Shown: positions 1 to 9,998 of the stretch, in pieces
Position numbering within the stretch: position 1 is the stretch's first letter
Layout: each line of letters begins with the position of its first letter
Assembly (NCBI GenBank): GCA_013115145.1
Contig: JAAPAO010000043.1
Span: forward strand, 43,726 to 107,725
Source: Perkinsus chesapeaki ATCC PRA-425
Taxonomy: Eukaryota > Protista > Perkinsozoa
DNA length: 64,000 bases
Direction of reading: 5' to 3'
The notes under the pieces: generated by a model
Seen by the model: the letters and a program-made list of their open reading frames with translations, nothing else
The model's database searches: none
Told to the model about the DNA's origin: nothing
Translations under genes and position numbers: made by a program

Positions 1-6
1 TTAATA

Positions 7-971
7 ATGCTTGCATCATCCGTCACTGGTCTAGCAGGATGTATCCTCACTACAGCACAGTTACCCCTCGGCGTCCTACGCCGCAAACTTCGCCGCGATC
101 ACCGCAAGTACCTGATGACCGCCACTGCAGCAGTCCTGTTGGAGTTTTGGGTACTATGGGGTCTTTCCTGTGGTTCTAGCATCCGGGATGTTCGTAGGTT
201 ACTAAAAAGCACGGCGTTCTAGCTGGGCTGGTGGCCGGGGCCCTCCATTTCGTTGGTAGCCGCCTGGTCATCCCCGGTATAACCGGCGGCATTGGTTCGG
301 GCAAGTCAACAGCAGTCGCCTGTTTGCAGGCCAAATATGATGTCCAGTAAAACGCCGTGAAACTTCCTCACTGATGAGCCAATGTTAGGGTCATTGATGC
401 CGATAAAATTGCGCGGGAAATAATGGAGCCTGGCCGCCCGGCGTTCAAGGAGGTGGTGCAGTCTTTCGGGGACAAAATCCTCACTTCTCAGGGACAAATC
501 AACCGACAGAAACTGGGAGAAATAGTAAGGAGCACCTTATTCGCAGTTCGCCTTTATACCTGCGTAATGTAGGTCTTCGCCGACGACAAGTCTCGGGCCT
601 TACTAAACCGCATCACGCACAAGCATATAATCATTACCATGATGTGGCGTTTGTTTTCCTATCGTGTTCTTCCCCCCTATAACAAACCGCCAATGGTGAT
701 GGACGTGCCTCTACTGCTAGAGACGCCTGGTCTACGGTGGGTATGCGACCCTGTGGTTGTCGTTTATGTCGACCCTCAAACTCAACTCGACCGACTTGTC
801 AAGCGATGCCCCACGGAGAGTGTCACTAACTTGACCAACAGGATAAAGGCTCAGATGCCACTCGACCAAAAGGTTGCCATGGCAGATAGGGTTCTGGACA
901 ACCGTGGAGATTTGAAAAACTTAGAGAAACAAGTTGACGATTTATACGAGAAGGAACTAAAGAATATGTAA
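7..971 (+). CDS. DPCK: Dephospho-CoA kinase with hydrophobic N-terminal extension (multi-exon)
   Basis: Spliced reading gives GITGGIGSGKST (P-loop, from 276), VIDADKIAREI, LNRITH, DVPLLLE and RIKAQMP...DRVLDN, all typical of CoaE/DPCK. GT-AG introns at about 348-389 and 526-572. Exon 1 junction is uncertain. Confidence 0.88.
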
Positions 972-1139
972 TGATAATGTAGCTCGCTATTAAATCCTTT
1001 TATCTATCCTACTACCATTCAACACACTTGATTTGTATCTCTGCTTTGTGTCCTTTTACCGGCGTCCCTCACTGCGTCTTGTTGGGTAAATGGGAAGGCT
1101 ATTGCTGGCAGGTTGCAAGCCAATTAACTGAATTTAATA

Positions 1140-1463
1140 ATGGCAAGCCCACAGTATCATCTAAAAGATCCTTCCCCGTGCGTATCATCGATGATGCATT
1201 CATCCGAGTGTTTCAGCAAACTGGCACAGACTGTCACATCTCTCCCCGCTCTATTCCGGTACCACCACAGACATTACGACTCAGTCTACGATGACACCTA
1301 CACGCCTAAGAACTTCGAGCTCGAGCCGCCGTGTCGTCCTATCGGATGGAGCATGGAGGAATGGCAAATCGCTAAAGAGACGGTCGCCATGGGCATAACA
1401 TCGACCATTATAAGAGTTGTGGATCGTCCAGCAAATTCTGCCGCCGCAGTAGCGGGCAAGTGA
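1140..1463 (+). CDS. Hypothetical protein (107 aa)
   Basis: ATG-initiated ORF between recognisable genes; no motif recognised. Confidence 0.3.
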   Translation: MASPQYHLKDPSPCVSSMMHSSECFSKLAQTVTSLPALFRYHHRHYDSVYDDTYTPKNFELEPPCRPIGWSMEEWQIAKETVAMGITSTIIRVVDRPANSAAAVAGK

Positions 1464-1860
1464 TTATATGACCAGCACTAAAGTGATGTCTACGTTTTAT
1501 TTTTATTATTTTATATATTAGTGCGGGGCCGTCGAGGTCCCCGAGTTTAATTATTTCCACGGCGGCCCTCGTGTGCCCAAATGGGTGCTCGCCGGTACGC
1601 CTGACTACTCCATATGGGTGCCGCCTGCCGCGGCGCCTAACATTTTTGTGCGAGTTCTTTCTCCTCGCATAGCGCGCCCGAGCCGCCTTATATCGGATGG
1701 TCAGCCCTCTTTGCGTTGTTATTATGGATATCGATATTGAACAACATGTATTGACCTGCAAATGACTGACGTGCATGTTAGATTGTCCAATACCGCCGCC
1801 TGTTCAGTTCAGTAACCTAAATTCGCCCGGGAGGTATTCCGCGTACCGGAGCTTGTCCAT

Positions 1861-2355
1861 ATGGATCCGACTCGCCGGAAAGCTGTATCCTGCATGATAG
1901 GCATGGTTTTGGTCCATATAGCACTGCTGCTCGTCTGTATTTATCTGCAGGAGAACCACGACATCCCCAAGTACTGTGAGACAAAGGGAGTGGTTTCCAT
2001 ACGAATCACCAGGTCGCTCCGAGTGAGCGTTTATATCGTATTCGGGATGCTATCTGGTTTCGGCGGTCTTCTCGTTTATAACGTAGCGAGGCCGTACGTG
2101 GCCTCCACGCCGCTGTGGTGGATGAAGCACCTTCACAACGCCATGCTGGTGTCTCCTATAGTGGTAATGGTTCCACCCCGATCATTGTGTTATCCTGTCC
2201 CTCTCCAGGTTATGTCGGTTTTGCTTATATTTTCGCGGGCCACGAGCGGGTCGCGCGAAGCAAGCGACTTTTACATCCCCGTAACGGTCGGATCTTCACT
2301 GCTGTTCATCATGGCCAGCACTATCTACTATGTGATACTCTGGACAGCGCCGTAG
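1861..2355 (+). CDS. Hypothetical multi-pass membrane protein (164 aa)
   Basis: Intronless ATG ORF with about four hydrophobic segments. Confidence 0.5.
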   Translation: MDPTRRKAVSCMIGMVLVHIALLLVCIYLQENHDIPKYCETKGVVSIRITRSLRVSVYIVFGMLSGFGGLLVYNVARPYVASTPLWWMKHLHNAMLVSPIVVMVPPRSLCYPVPLQVMSVLLIFSRATSGSREASDFYIPVTVGSSLLFIMASTIYYVILWTAP

Positions 2356-2403
2356 CTTATCACAGGCAAGCAGATACTCTGGTACTGGAGGCATCGCCAG
2401 GAA

Positions 2404-2891
2404 ATGGACATCTTCAATGTGGACGAGCTAGGCATGTTCGGTGACATCCTCAGAGGGCCCGCTCCGATCCTGCGCCGCAAGACGTCCCGAGAGCTGGAGG
2501 ACGTGCTGAATACCTGCACCATCAGCTTGGGGGGCGAGGGGTCCGACGCCCCTCTCCCGGTCGTCATGGGCCATCAGCGGATGATGTCCTCTTGTCCCAT
2601 TTGTCTCGAATCGTTCGTAGAAAAGGCAGGTGATGATGATGAGGGCAGCCAGCGGGATGCAAGAGTTTGTCTGATCACAGTGTGCAAGCATGTGACCCAT
2701 CGCGACTGCCTCAAGGTAGGCTCAAGATTCATCTACACCATTCAGTATTATCTATCCATTAGGACTGGTTTAAGACGAAGAACACCACCCAGTGTCCTGT
2801 ATGCAAGCAGAGCCTCCTCCCCGATAGACAGACCTCTAATCAAGAGCGGTCACATTCTGCTGGAGTGTCATCCACCGAAGGACGTATGTGA
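2404..2891 (+). CDS. RING-H2 zinc-finger protein (putative E3 ligase)
   Basis: CPIC...CKHVTHRDCLK, then intron 2716-2762, then DWFKTKNTTQCPVC, giving the C3H2C3 pattern. Confidence 0.82.
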
Positions 2892-3060
2892 GCCCTCAAA
2901 CATGCTCAAGTGCCTCATTATCGTTGATGTTGAACTGATCACAGCTTGTGTTTGCGAAGTATATGACGATGATGTTCGACTGTATCAAACGCAACTGACC
3001 TCCTCTCGCCCAACTCACACGGCTTCATGACATTTCATTGCAAACGCACACGCATGCTGG

Positions 3061-4869
3061 CTACCCACAGATGGTCGCTTGGCAATCTGGATCGGTCAAC
3101 CCTATCGGCGTGCAAACTTCAAACTGTCCACCAAGAATGAAACGTTCACAGACTTGGCGCCAGCTGCTCTTTTCGAAGACTCGAAGGTCGAAGTTGTCGT
3201 ATCGTCTGAGGTAGTTCTGCATGATCTCGTACTTCTTCGACATGCCGGCGAAGTGCAGAACGAATCCAGTTGTGTTGAGGTCGGCTCGAGGTGTCTTGAA
3301 ATTGATATCTACTTTGCGGGGATCCACAAATTTGATTGATGTGGTCCTTCGAGACCCGAAGGTCCCGGCGAGGCGTTCGAGTTCAGTAAGGACGCAATAG
3401 GTAAGATCGGCCACACTGTGAAGTAGACTTCTGAACGGCAATACTTCTGACAAGCACACGCTGGTGTATAAAGGAGAGACTTTCGACCGATCGGGACGGC
3501 TTTCGGGCAGCCTTTGAGATACCTCATCACTCACATAGTGGAGGACAGTCAGAGCCAAAGCGTCTTGGTCGGCAAATGGCATGCCATAGACGGTTGCGTG
3601 ACCCAACAAGATGTCCAGGAAATGTCGGCCATTGGGGCTGTTACGGACAATGGCGAGGCCACCGTTGAGCTCTGTCCGATCCGGGACATCTCTCAGCACC
3701 ACATCGGCCCCTTCTATGAACTGATGCAAAGGAATGTCGTAACAGGCAAAACTAACAACCATATCGCCCGCATCAGCAACAATCACAGCGTCGAAGTGAG
3801 CGAGCCAACGATGCGCTGCCCGCCACTTCATCCATCCAACAGACGCGGGTTGAGCAACACTAACTTCTCGAGGCCGTCCTGAGGGTCCCATGACGAATCG
3901 GAGAGGCCATACCGCCCTAGGATACCTTACAGTATGCAGGGCATCGTAACCATCGTACTCCTCGGAATCGACAACAACCTCATAGCCATGCCGGCTAGCA
4001 TAGCACCGCCACATCCCTACAGCCGCTCGAGTGAGGGGCGACGCTTCAGTGTTGTAAGCCACCGAAAGGATCAGACCAACCCGAGCAGCTTGTGGAACGG
4101 CTTTGGCGATACCAGACGAAGCAGAGAATCTCGGTCGCCGGAGCGCCCGCTGCTCCGACATGGCGCACCTTCTAGCGCGCTGCTCTCTCCACCAGTAGAA
4201 TGCATACGACGATAAACCCGACCTTGGCATCTGTCGCCTAGACAGCGCCACACTGTCCAGGGCCATGGCCAGACCGGACGCCTGGCTGAAGTACAGCAGC
4301 TGAAGAGCATAGGAACACTTAGAACGAGAGAGACCTCCACGATGACTGTCTGGGCGCCACACGGAGTGCTGCCACCGACGCAGGTACATGCTGGTGCAGA
4401 AGTCGAGAATTTCCAACCTCGCATGCGCGGCATTCCGGCCGACGTCCTCGCACACAGTAGGACTCAGTACACCGGCATCCTCCTTGGTGAACCACTTGGA
4501 AGCTAGGATGTCACACTGCCTGTCATAACGACCCTCCCGTAGAGGTGAACACACTAAAGGAAAGAGTTCTACGATCCTAGGATGGAATGGCGGTGCAGTT
4601 AGAAATGACACCAAGTTGAAATCGGGCAGTCCAGCCTGCCGGATCTCGCCAGCCAGGTCTGCGAAGCCATCGATTGTAACGTTACAGCAGTGTTCTACTA
4701 CAGACCGACCACGCATCGAAATGCAGTCCGATGGGCCGCCTTGGTACCGAGGGTCACAACAATGAGCCCGAAACTCCACATCGTACCAGGCATGTGCACA
4801 CTCTTTGGCCAAAGGCGAAACGACTAGATACGAGACGGATAAAACTGTTCTTGCCAACCATTTGACCAT
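3061..4869 (-). CDS. Intronless GT34 (GMA12/MNN10)-like glycosyltransferase with N-terminal Cys-rich module
   Basis: C-terminal half has YASRHGY, WMKW, a DAGD DxD-like motif, LNGGLAIVRN, DQDAL and FVLHFAG. The first in-frame ATG (4869) is followed by a signal-anchor-like stretch. Confidence 0.7.
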   Translation of the reverse strand: MVKWLARTVLSVSYLVVSPLAKECAHAWYDVEFRAHCCDPRYQGGPSDCISMRGRSVVEHCCNVTIDGFADLAGEIRQAGLPDFNLVSFLTAPPFHPRIVELFPLVCSPLREGRYDRQCDILASKWFTKEDAGVLSPTVCEDVGRNAAHARLEILDFCTSMYLRRWQHSVWRPDSHRGGLSRSKCSYALQLLYFSQASGLAMALDSVALSRRQMPRSGLSSYAFYWWREQRARRCAMSEQRALRRPRFSASSGIAKAVPQAARVGLILSVAYNTEASPLTRAAVGMWRCYASRHGYEVVVDSEEYDGYDALHTVRYPRAVWPLRFVMGPSGRPREVSVAQPASVGWMKWRAAHRWLAHFDAVIVADAGDMVVSFACYDIPLHQFIEGADVVLRDVPDRTELNGGLAIVRNSPNGRHFLDILLGHATVYGMPFADQDALALTVLHYVSDEVSQRLPESRPDRSKVSPLYTSVCLSEVLPFRSLLHSVADLTYCVLTELERLAGTFGSRRTTSIKFVDPRKVDINFKTPRADLNTTGFVLHFAGMSKKYEIMQNYLRRYDNFDLRVFEKSSWRQVCERFILGGQFEVCTPIGLTDPDCQATICG

Positions 4870-5037
4870 TAAATTGTTCCATGCCCTAACAGAAGCCGAT
4901 AACCCAAACACTAACAACACAACTCCAAAAAGTGAATTCTTTCCAGCCAGTATTCCTAGCACCGTTGCAAGAGCCTCAGAGTGCGCCAAAAGAAACTATA
5001 GCTGCGGCAGCGACGTTCACGAAATAGAACTTCACGC

Positions 5038-6071
5038 TTACAACTGGATCTTGGCATCCTCGGACTCGGGAATGATGTTACGGTCAACAGCGGTTCCCTC
5101 CTCGGCGGACTCGGTATGGAGCTCCATCAAGCGGGTGAGATCGAACTTCGGCTTCTTAAGGATCTTAACCTTGCGGATGTAGCAGTCCTTAAGAGGGTAG
5201 ATAGAACGAGTCTGCTTCTCGATCTCGGCACCGATAGATTCGGTGACGAAACGCTTGACAAGGTCGCTCATGCGGCACTTGGAAGCCTCAGCGGACATGA
5301 TCTCAACCATCCTGACATCACAGAAAATAACAGCAATCTATGGGTTCCCGATCATTACTTCTTGCGGATCCTGCGGATCTGGGCACCGCTGGCATAGCAG
5401 TTAGCCTTAACAGACTCCGGGCGCTTCTTAGTGAAAGCAATGGAGAAAAGACGGAGGATGTAACCATCGGTGGTCTTGACGTCAACGTGGGCCTCAATCA
5501 AAGTCTGCCACTTGCGGATGAGAGAGCAGAGCTTATCACGAGTGAAGTCCATGCCGTGGAAGTCGGTAAGAGCGTTGCGGCCCTGAACTTCCTGGATCTC
5601 CAACTTAACCTTACGGAAGGAGTGATCCTCGTTGGAGTTCAAGTCGGCAAGGTTGACTTCGCAGACGCGGCCCTTGAGAGCCTCAGAGGCAATCTAAAAG
5701 CAACGCAAAAATCAAACAACGAACATAGGCTAATGATAAAGTGCGTGTAGGAGAAGAATGCAAGAAAACAGCAGGGGTTGAATATTACCTTGGTACCGGT
5801 GGTCTTGGTGACCAAAGTCTTACCGGCCTCGCGGACGGAGAACATAGTGGGGGCCTTAACCGAGTACCACTCCTTCTTGAGGAAGGGATCTCCCCTACAG
5901 AAAATACAATAATAAATCAAACGATAAGAACAGCAATCAAGGATATAACTTTAGAAATAAACCGACAAGAGATGTGTATCTGGCTTAGCCTCTCACTAGT
6001 GTCCCTTATTACACCTTCTTCTTGCCTCCCTTCTTTCCCTTGGTGAGTCTCTTGTTCTTGCCAACGGCCAT
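5038..6071 (-). CDS. RPS3A: 40S ribosomal protein S3a (eS1)
   Basis: Exons 6071-6013, 5894-5789, 5693-5359 and 5311-5038 splice to MAVGKNKRL...DPFLKKEWY...[14 protein letters not shown]...[21 protein letters not shown]. Confidence 0.98.
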
Positions 6072-6879
6072 GGTGCTGGTGTACGGGGTGGCTTCACTTC
6101 CTCGGCGCGAACTCTTAATCGATCACTTGATCGATTTTAACAGAGCGCGGGCGGAGCGACGGCGCAATTTTTCACCTGCAGTTGGGCCTAGCTTTCCTTC
6201 CTGGTACGCTAACATTACTCATTCATACCATCGCTCAACCGTACAGAAACGCCACAGAGATTTACAGATGCTCATATAGCTAACGTTTGAATTGCTTCTC
6301 GGTTTCTTTACTGTCTGAGAGTCCTTCTAATCAACCCTAATCAGAATTCACTCATGAGCCTCAGTCACGGTTTTCATATCAGCAATGGTTTCGATCAGCA
6401 ATTGTGTATTATTCTGGCAGAGGTGTTCTTAAACCTTTTGCCTGTGTCGAAGCTACCCAGCAGTAAGGGTTGTTGTTGTCGATGGTTTAAGCGGTTTGGT
6501 ACTCTCCAATGACTAACTCAAGTATCATCTAGTAAGAGAATATACTAATAGGACCCTTCGCAACGATAACATCAACAACACTTTGTTTCTATCATCTCTC
6601 CTTTCTTCTTTATCGTCGATCTCCACCATCTCTGCCGCTTCCACGATTGTAGCCACGATCAGTCGAGTAGCGTCGATAATCTTGACGGGAATCAGAACGT
6701 CTTCTGTAGTAGTCCGAGGAGGAACGCCTATGGTGTTAAGACCGCAACAGTAATTTACCTAGTGGTCAAACAGTGCATCTAATACGGTCACGCTGTACCT
6801 GTTCCTGTACCTGCTACCCTACACCTATCTAATCCCGATCCCCCGAACCCCCAACACACCACCACCAGCACGATAACCC

Positions 6880-7730
6880 TCACCTGTCGTCTCTTCTGCT
6901 GCGGTCTCTCGAGTAGGAGCGGCTCCTACTTCTCCGGTCACGAGAGCGATGTCGGCGACTACGGTCTCCATCATAGCTTCGGCTTCTACTCTTCTTGTCA
7001 CCCGAATACGATCGAGACCGTGAGCGTGACGATGACGACGAAGAGCTGTAACCATACCTGACAGGCTTCGTTGAACCTCCACTCCCGTGCCCGAAACGCG
7101 CTCACTTCGCCCTCCGACGCTCCCTGCTTCTACTGCGGCTCGACAGGGCTCCGTAACTTCTCCGTTTTCCATTCCTATTACCATTTAAGTGCGGCCCCCC
7201 CGAGGTACAAAGATTCCAGTACCTATTGTATCCACCACGCTCCCTTGCCGCATATGCCGAGCTGCTGCTCGCTTGTCCACGAGACCGATACTCTGCCTTC
7301 AGCGGTATGCCATTGAGAACGACCTGATAGCAGCGGCCGCTGACCGGGGAGGGCCAAAAGACGGTACCTCTCCGCTATCACAGGCGGCCAGTGCAGCCTG
7401 GGCGCTCTCCGAACGCTCGTAACGAATGTAGGCGGCCATCTCATTACGCTTGTCGACAGGCGGCAACCAGCAAACTGTGATCTGATCCAACAGGAGTACA
7501 GCAGATCGGTGGTCCGATAACGATCTTACATCACCGTATTTTTGGAACACCTGTTTGAGGCCTATCCTGTTGGCTGCCGGCGTCAAACCGGCTACGATGT
7601 CGATGGCGTTCTGTTGGGCATCACGTGGCGCCTCCCGACCGAGGCCTGGACGATACACGGCCATACTGAGAAAATGTGGCGGAGGTAGCAGGAACTGCTC
7701 GAATCGATACGAACCACCAAAACGCGACAT
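6880..7730 (-). CDS. Single-RRM protein with C-terminal RS domain (SR-like)
   Basis: Spliced RRM reads IVAGLTPAANRIGLKQVFQKYGD|ITVCWLPP...AYIRYERSESAQAAL...|VVLNGIPLKAEY, followed by RSRS/RDR repeats. The 3' end may splice further. Confidence 0.75.
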
Positions 7731-7749
7731 GAAATAAGCGAGACCAACA

Positions 7750-9985
7750 ACAACTCATCACACAGGACGTGACGGACGCATGACCCCCTCCGGTCTCGGC
7801 CCCGAGTCCCGAAGGGAGCTCCGGAGGACCCCTGGTGGGCGACGAAACCGTGGCTTCTTGTAGCCACTGGACATCGACCAGGACCACGAGTAGGACGTAA
7901 CAAAGCCCTCCCTCGATCCTCCTTCATCGTCGCTCAATGGCGAGGACTCAGACAGCACATCCACTACCGGTCTGGTATCATGGCGCTCTGGCAGGGAAGA
8001 TACCGACGGTGGGGATCCAATTGTTGGCATTTGATAATAGGCTGACCCTCCTCCTCGCTGCAAGCCCATCGACCTAGCGCAGTGGGACTCCTGTGCGACC
8101 CGGCACCTGCTGAAGAGCAAAGACTACTACTTCACCGTGGAGACCTCCATTTACTCTGAAATGCCATCAAGCCTCTCGCGGAAGGCTTTGAGCTGTTTGT
8201 CTACTTCGAGATGGACCTCTTCATCCCCACGGGGCATCTCCGACCGATTCTTCCGCTCCAGCTCGTCCTCCAACTTCGCTACAGCCGCCTCCAGCAGCTC
8301 GATGTACTCCTTATGATGGCGTCGCTCGCCCAGTAGTCTGTTCAGGCTTGAAGAGAGTTCACCTCCTAACGGCTCTGATGCTTCGCTCCGCCGTAGAAGC
8401 CTGATAAAAGCGTCATCCTCGACGACACCCTAGACTGAATGACGATGCGAATGTGCCCCTCATGTCGGCATTTCTTCGAACCAATTGAAACTCCAATGAA
8501 TACCACCAAATATGTTGCTACGGTGGAATTCTTGTACCACCCTCCAGCCCAGTTTGCCATACACCTCGCTCTCCCTCCTGGAGACACTCAAGCTGTTCGC
8601 CGCCGACACCTCCATCTCTCGGAGTTCCCTCCTCAGCCTTGACATCTCCTCCTCCGCCTCCGCCAGCTTCCTCATCAGATTTTCCTGCCAACCTGTTATG
8701 GCGGCCCAATAAGTAATCACCGACCTTCTCCCGCTCCACTTCCCCCAAAGCGGCTTTCTCCAGTCTAGCCGCTTCTACAGCTTTCCGCATGACTCCGCCT
8801 TCGCTGTCTAAATTGAATATCCCAGCGTCCAACCTACCGCTCCCACCGCCAAGAGCCTCGGCCAGCAACGTCAGCGTGTCCACAGGGTCGCCCTTCGCCT
8901 CCTCGACTACTCGTAAAACCCCCGCGACCTTCTCCTCAGCACTCTGCCTTCTCACCCGTTCCACCTGTAATACAACCGAAGCAGTCCCGACAGAGGCGAA
9001 GCTTCCCGACCCTCAGCTGGCGGGTCGTAGAGCCCAGTCGAGCCACCAGGCGTTCCCGGTCACTTGTCTGTTTATTCAACTCGGCTTGGGTGTCCGCCAG
9101 CTTACAATTGAGAGTTAGTCGCTCTGCGTTCAAGGCTACCGAGACGGTCTCGATCACGTAAGTATCCAGTGCTCACCCTCAATACGCTCGGCAGCAGCTG
9201 ATCCAGGGGACGTGCAGACAACGGCGGTCGTCCTCCTCCTTGGAGTCAGTCTGCAGGACCGGGCTGACAGGAGGGGGGCCGAGCGATGCTATCGAAGAAA
9301 AACACCGATAAGACATATCCGCTATTTTCTGTACCGTTGGCTTTCCCGCTTTATCACGTGCCTCCTCCACCACACCGCAGTCCCCCAGCAACTGGCGCTG
9401 CCTCAGTTTAGTCCTGGTCTGGGCCTCCACGAGACGTCGCTCCAGCTGAGCCACCTCTGCGTCCAGACATGCAGCAGATGAAGCGTAGTGCCGTGAGACC
9501 ATGGGCATGCAAATAACTGGAATAATGATTTCGGTAGGAGCCCCCCTCAGAACTCAAGCGGCGGGAGGCTGCGAGAACCACGAAAGATGCCACGGATCGA
9601 GGGCTTGTCTGGACCAACAGACAATTGTACAATGGAAGAAGATATATTAGGAATCAGCAGCACGGAGGCGAGGTGGCTTGTGAGGGTCGCGTCAGAGAAC
9701 TAGATTCGATACCTGAGAGATAAAGGTGGGGAATGAGTGGCGCAGCCGGGGATGGAACCGGGGGACCACACGGAAGGACAGCACGAGCCTTAACGGACTG
9801 AGCTATCCCACCTCGTCCTCCTCCGCGAATGTCCTCCATGGAGTATTACACCTCATTATGTCGACCCAATCACGCGGCGGATGACAAACGAATTTCAGCA
9901 GATTCTGTCTTCGACAATATTGCAAAATAAAGTACCTGAAATCGGACAGACCATCCAAACTGAACGCCTCAAGCCACGAGGCCAT
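7750..9985 (-). CDS. Hypothetical coiled-coil protein (multi-exon, boundaries approximate)
   Basis: A series of ORF segments with heptad character (LDAEVAQLERRLVEAQ; KLADTQAELNKQ; RKLAEAEEEMSRLRRELREME) bounded by GT/AG sites. Confidence 0.45.
9738..9812 (-). pseudogene. Full-length (75 nt) degenerate tRNA-like sequence at the start of an intron
   Basis: GGTGGGA-TA-GCTCAGTCCGTTAAGGC is a D-arm/A-box remnant and CCCGG-TTCCATC-CCCGG-CTGCGCC-A is a T-arm, acceptor strand and discriminator. The anticodon arm is unpaired and the T-loop G is mutated. Confidence 0.7.
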
Positions 9986-9998
9986 CTCGCCAGGCGTG

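Noticed and set aside
1408-1776. Arg-rich minus-strand ORF, possibly a basic nucleoprotein
   Set aside because: It overlaps a plus-strand ORF end and an AT-rich UTR-like stretch, and has no recognisable histone-like or DVNP motif.
4870-4989. TTG-initiated hydrophobic extension of the glycosyltransferase ORF
   Set aside because: There is no ATG and an in-frame stop lies just upstream. The ATG at 4869 already gives a plausible signal anchor.
5694-6012. Longer RPS3A introns as snoRNA hosts
   Set aside because: No C/D box pair or convincing H/ACA hairpins were seen.
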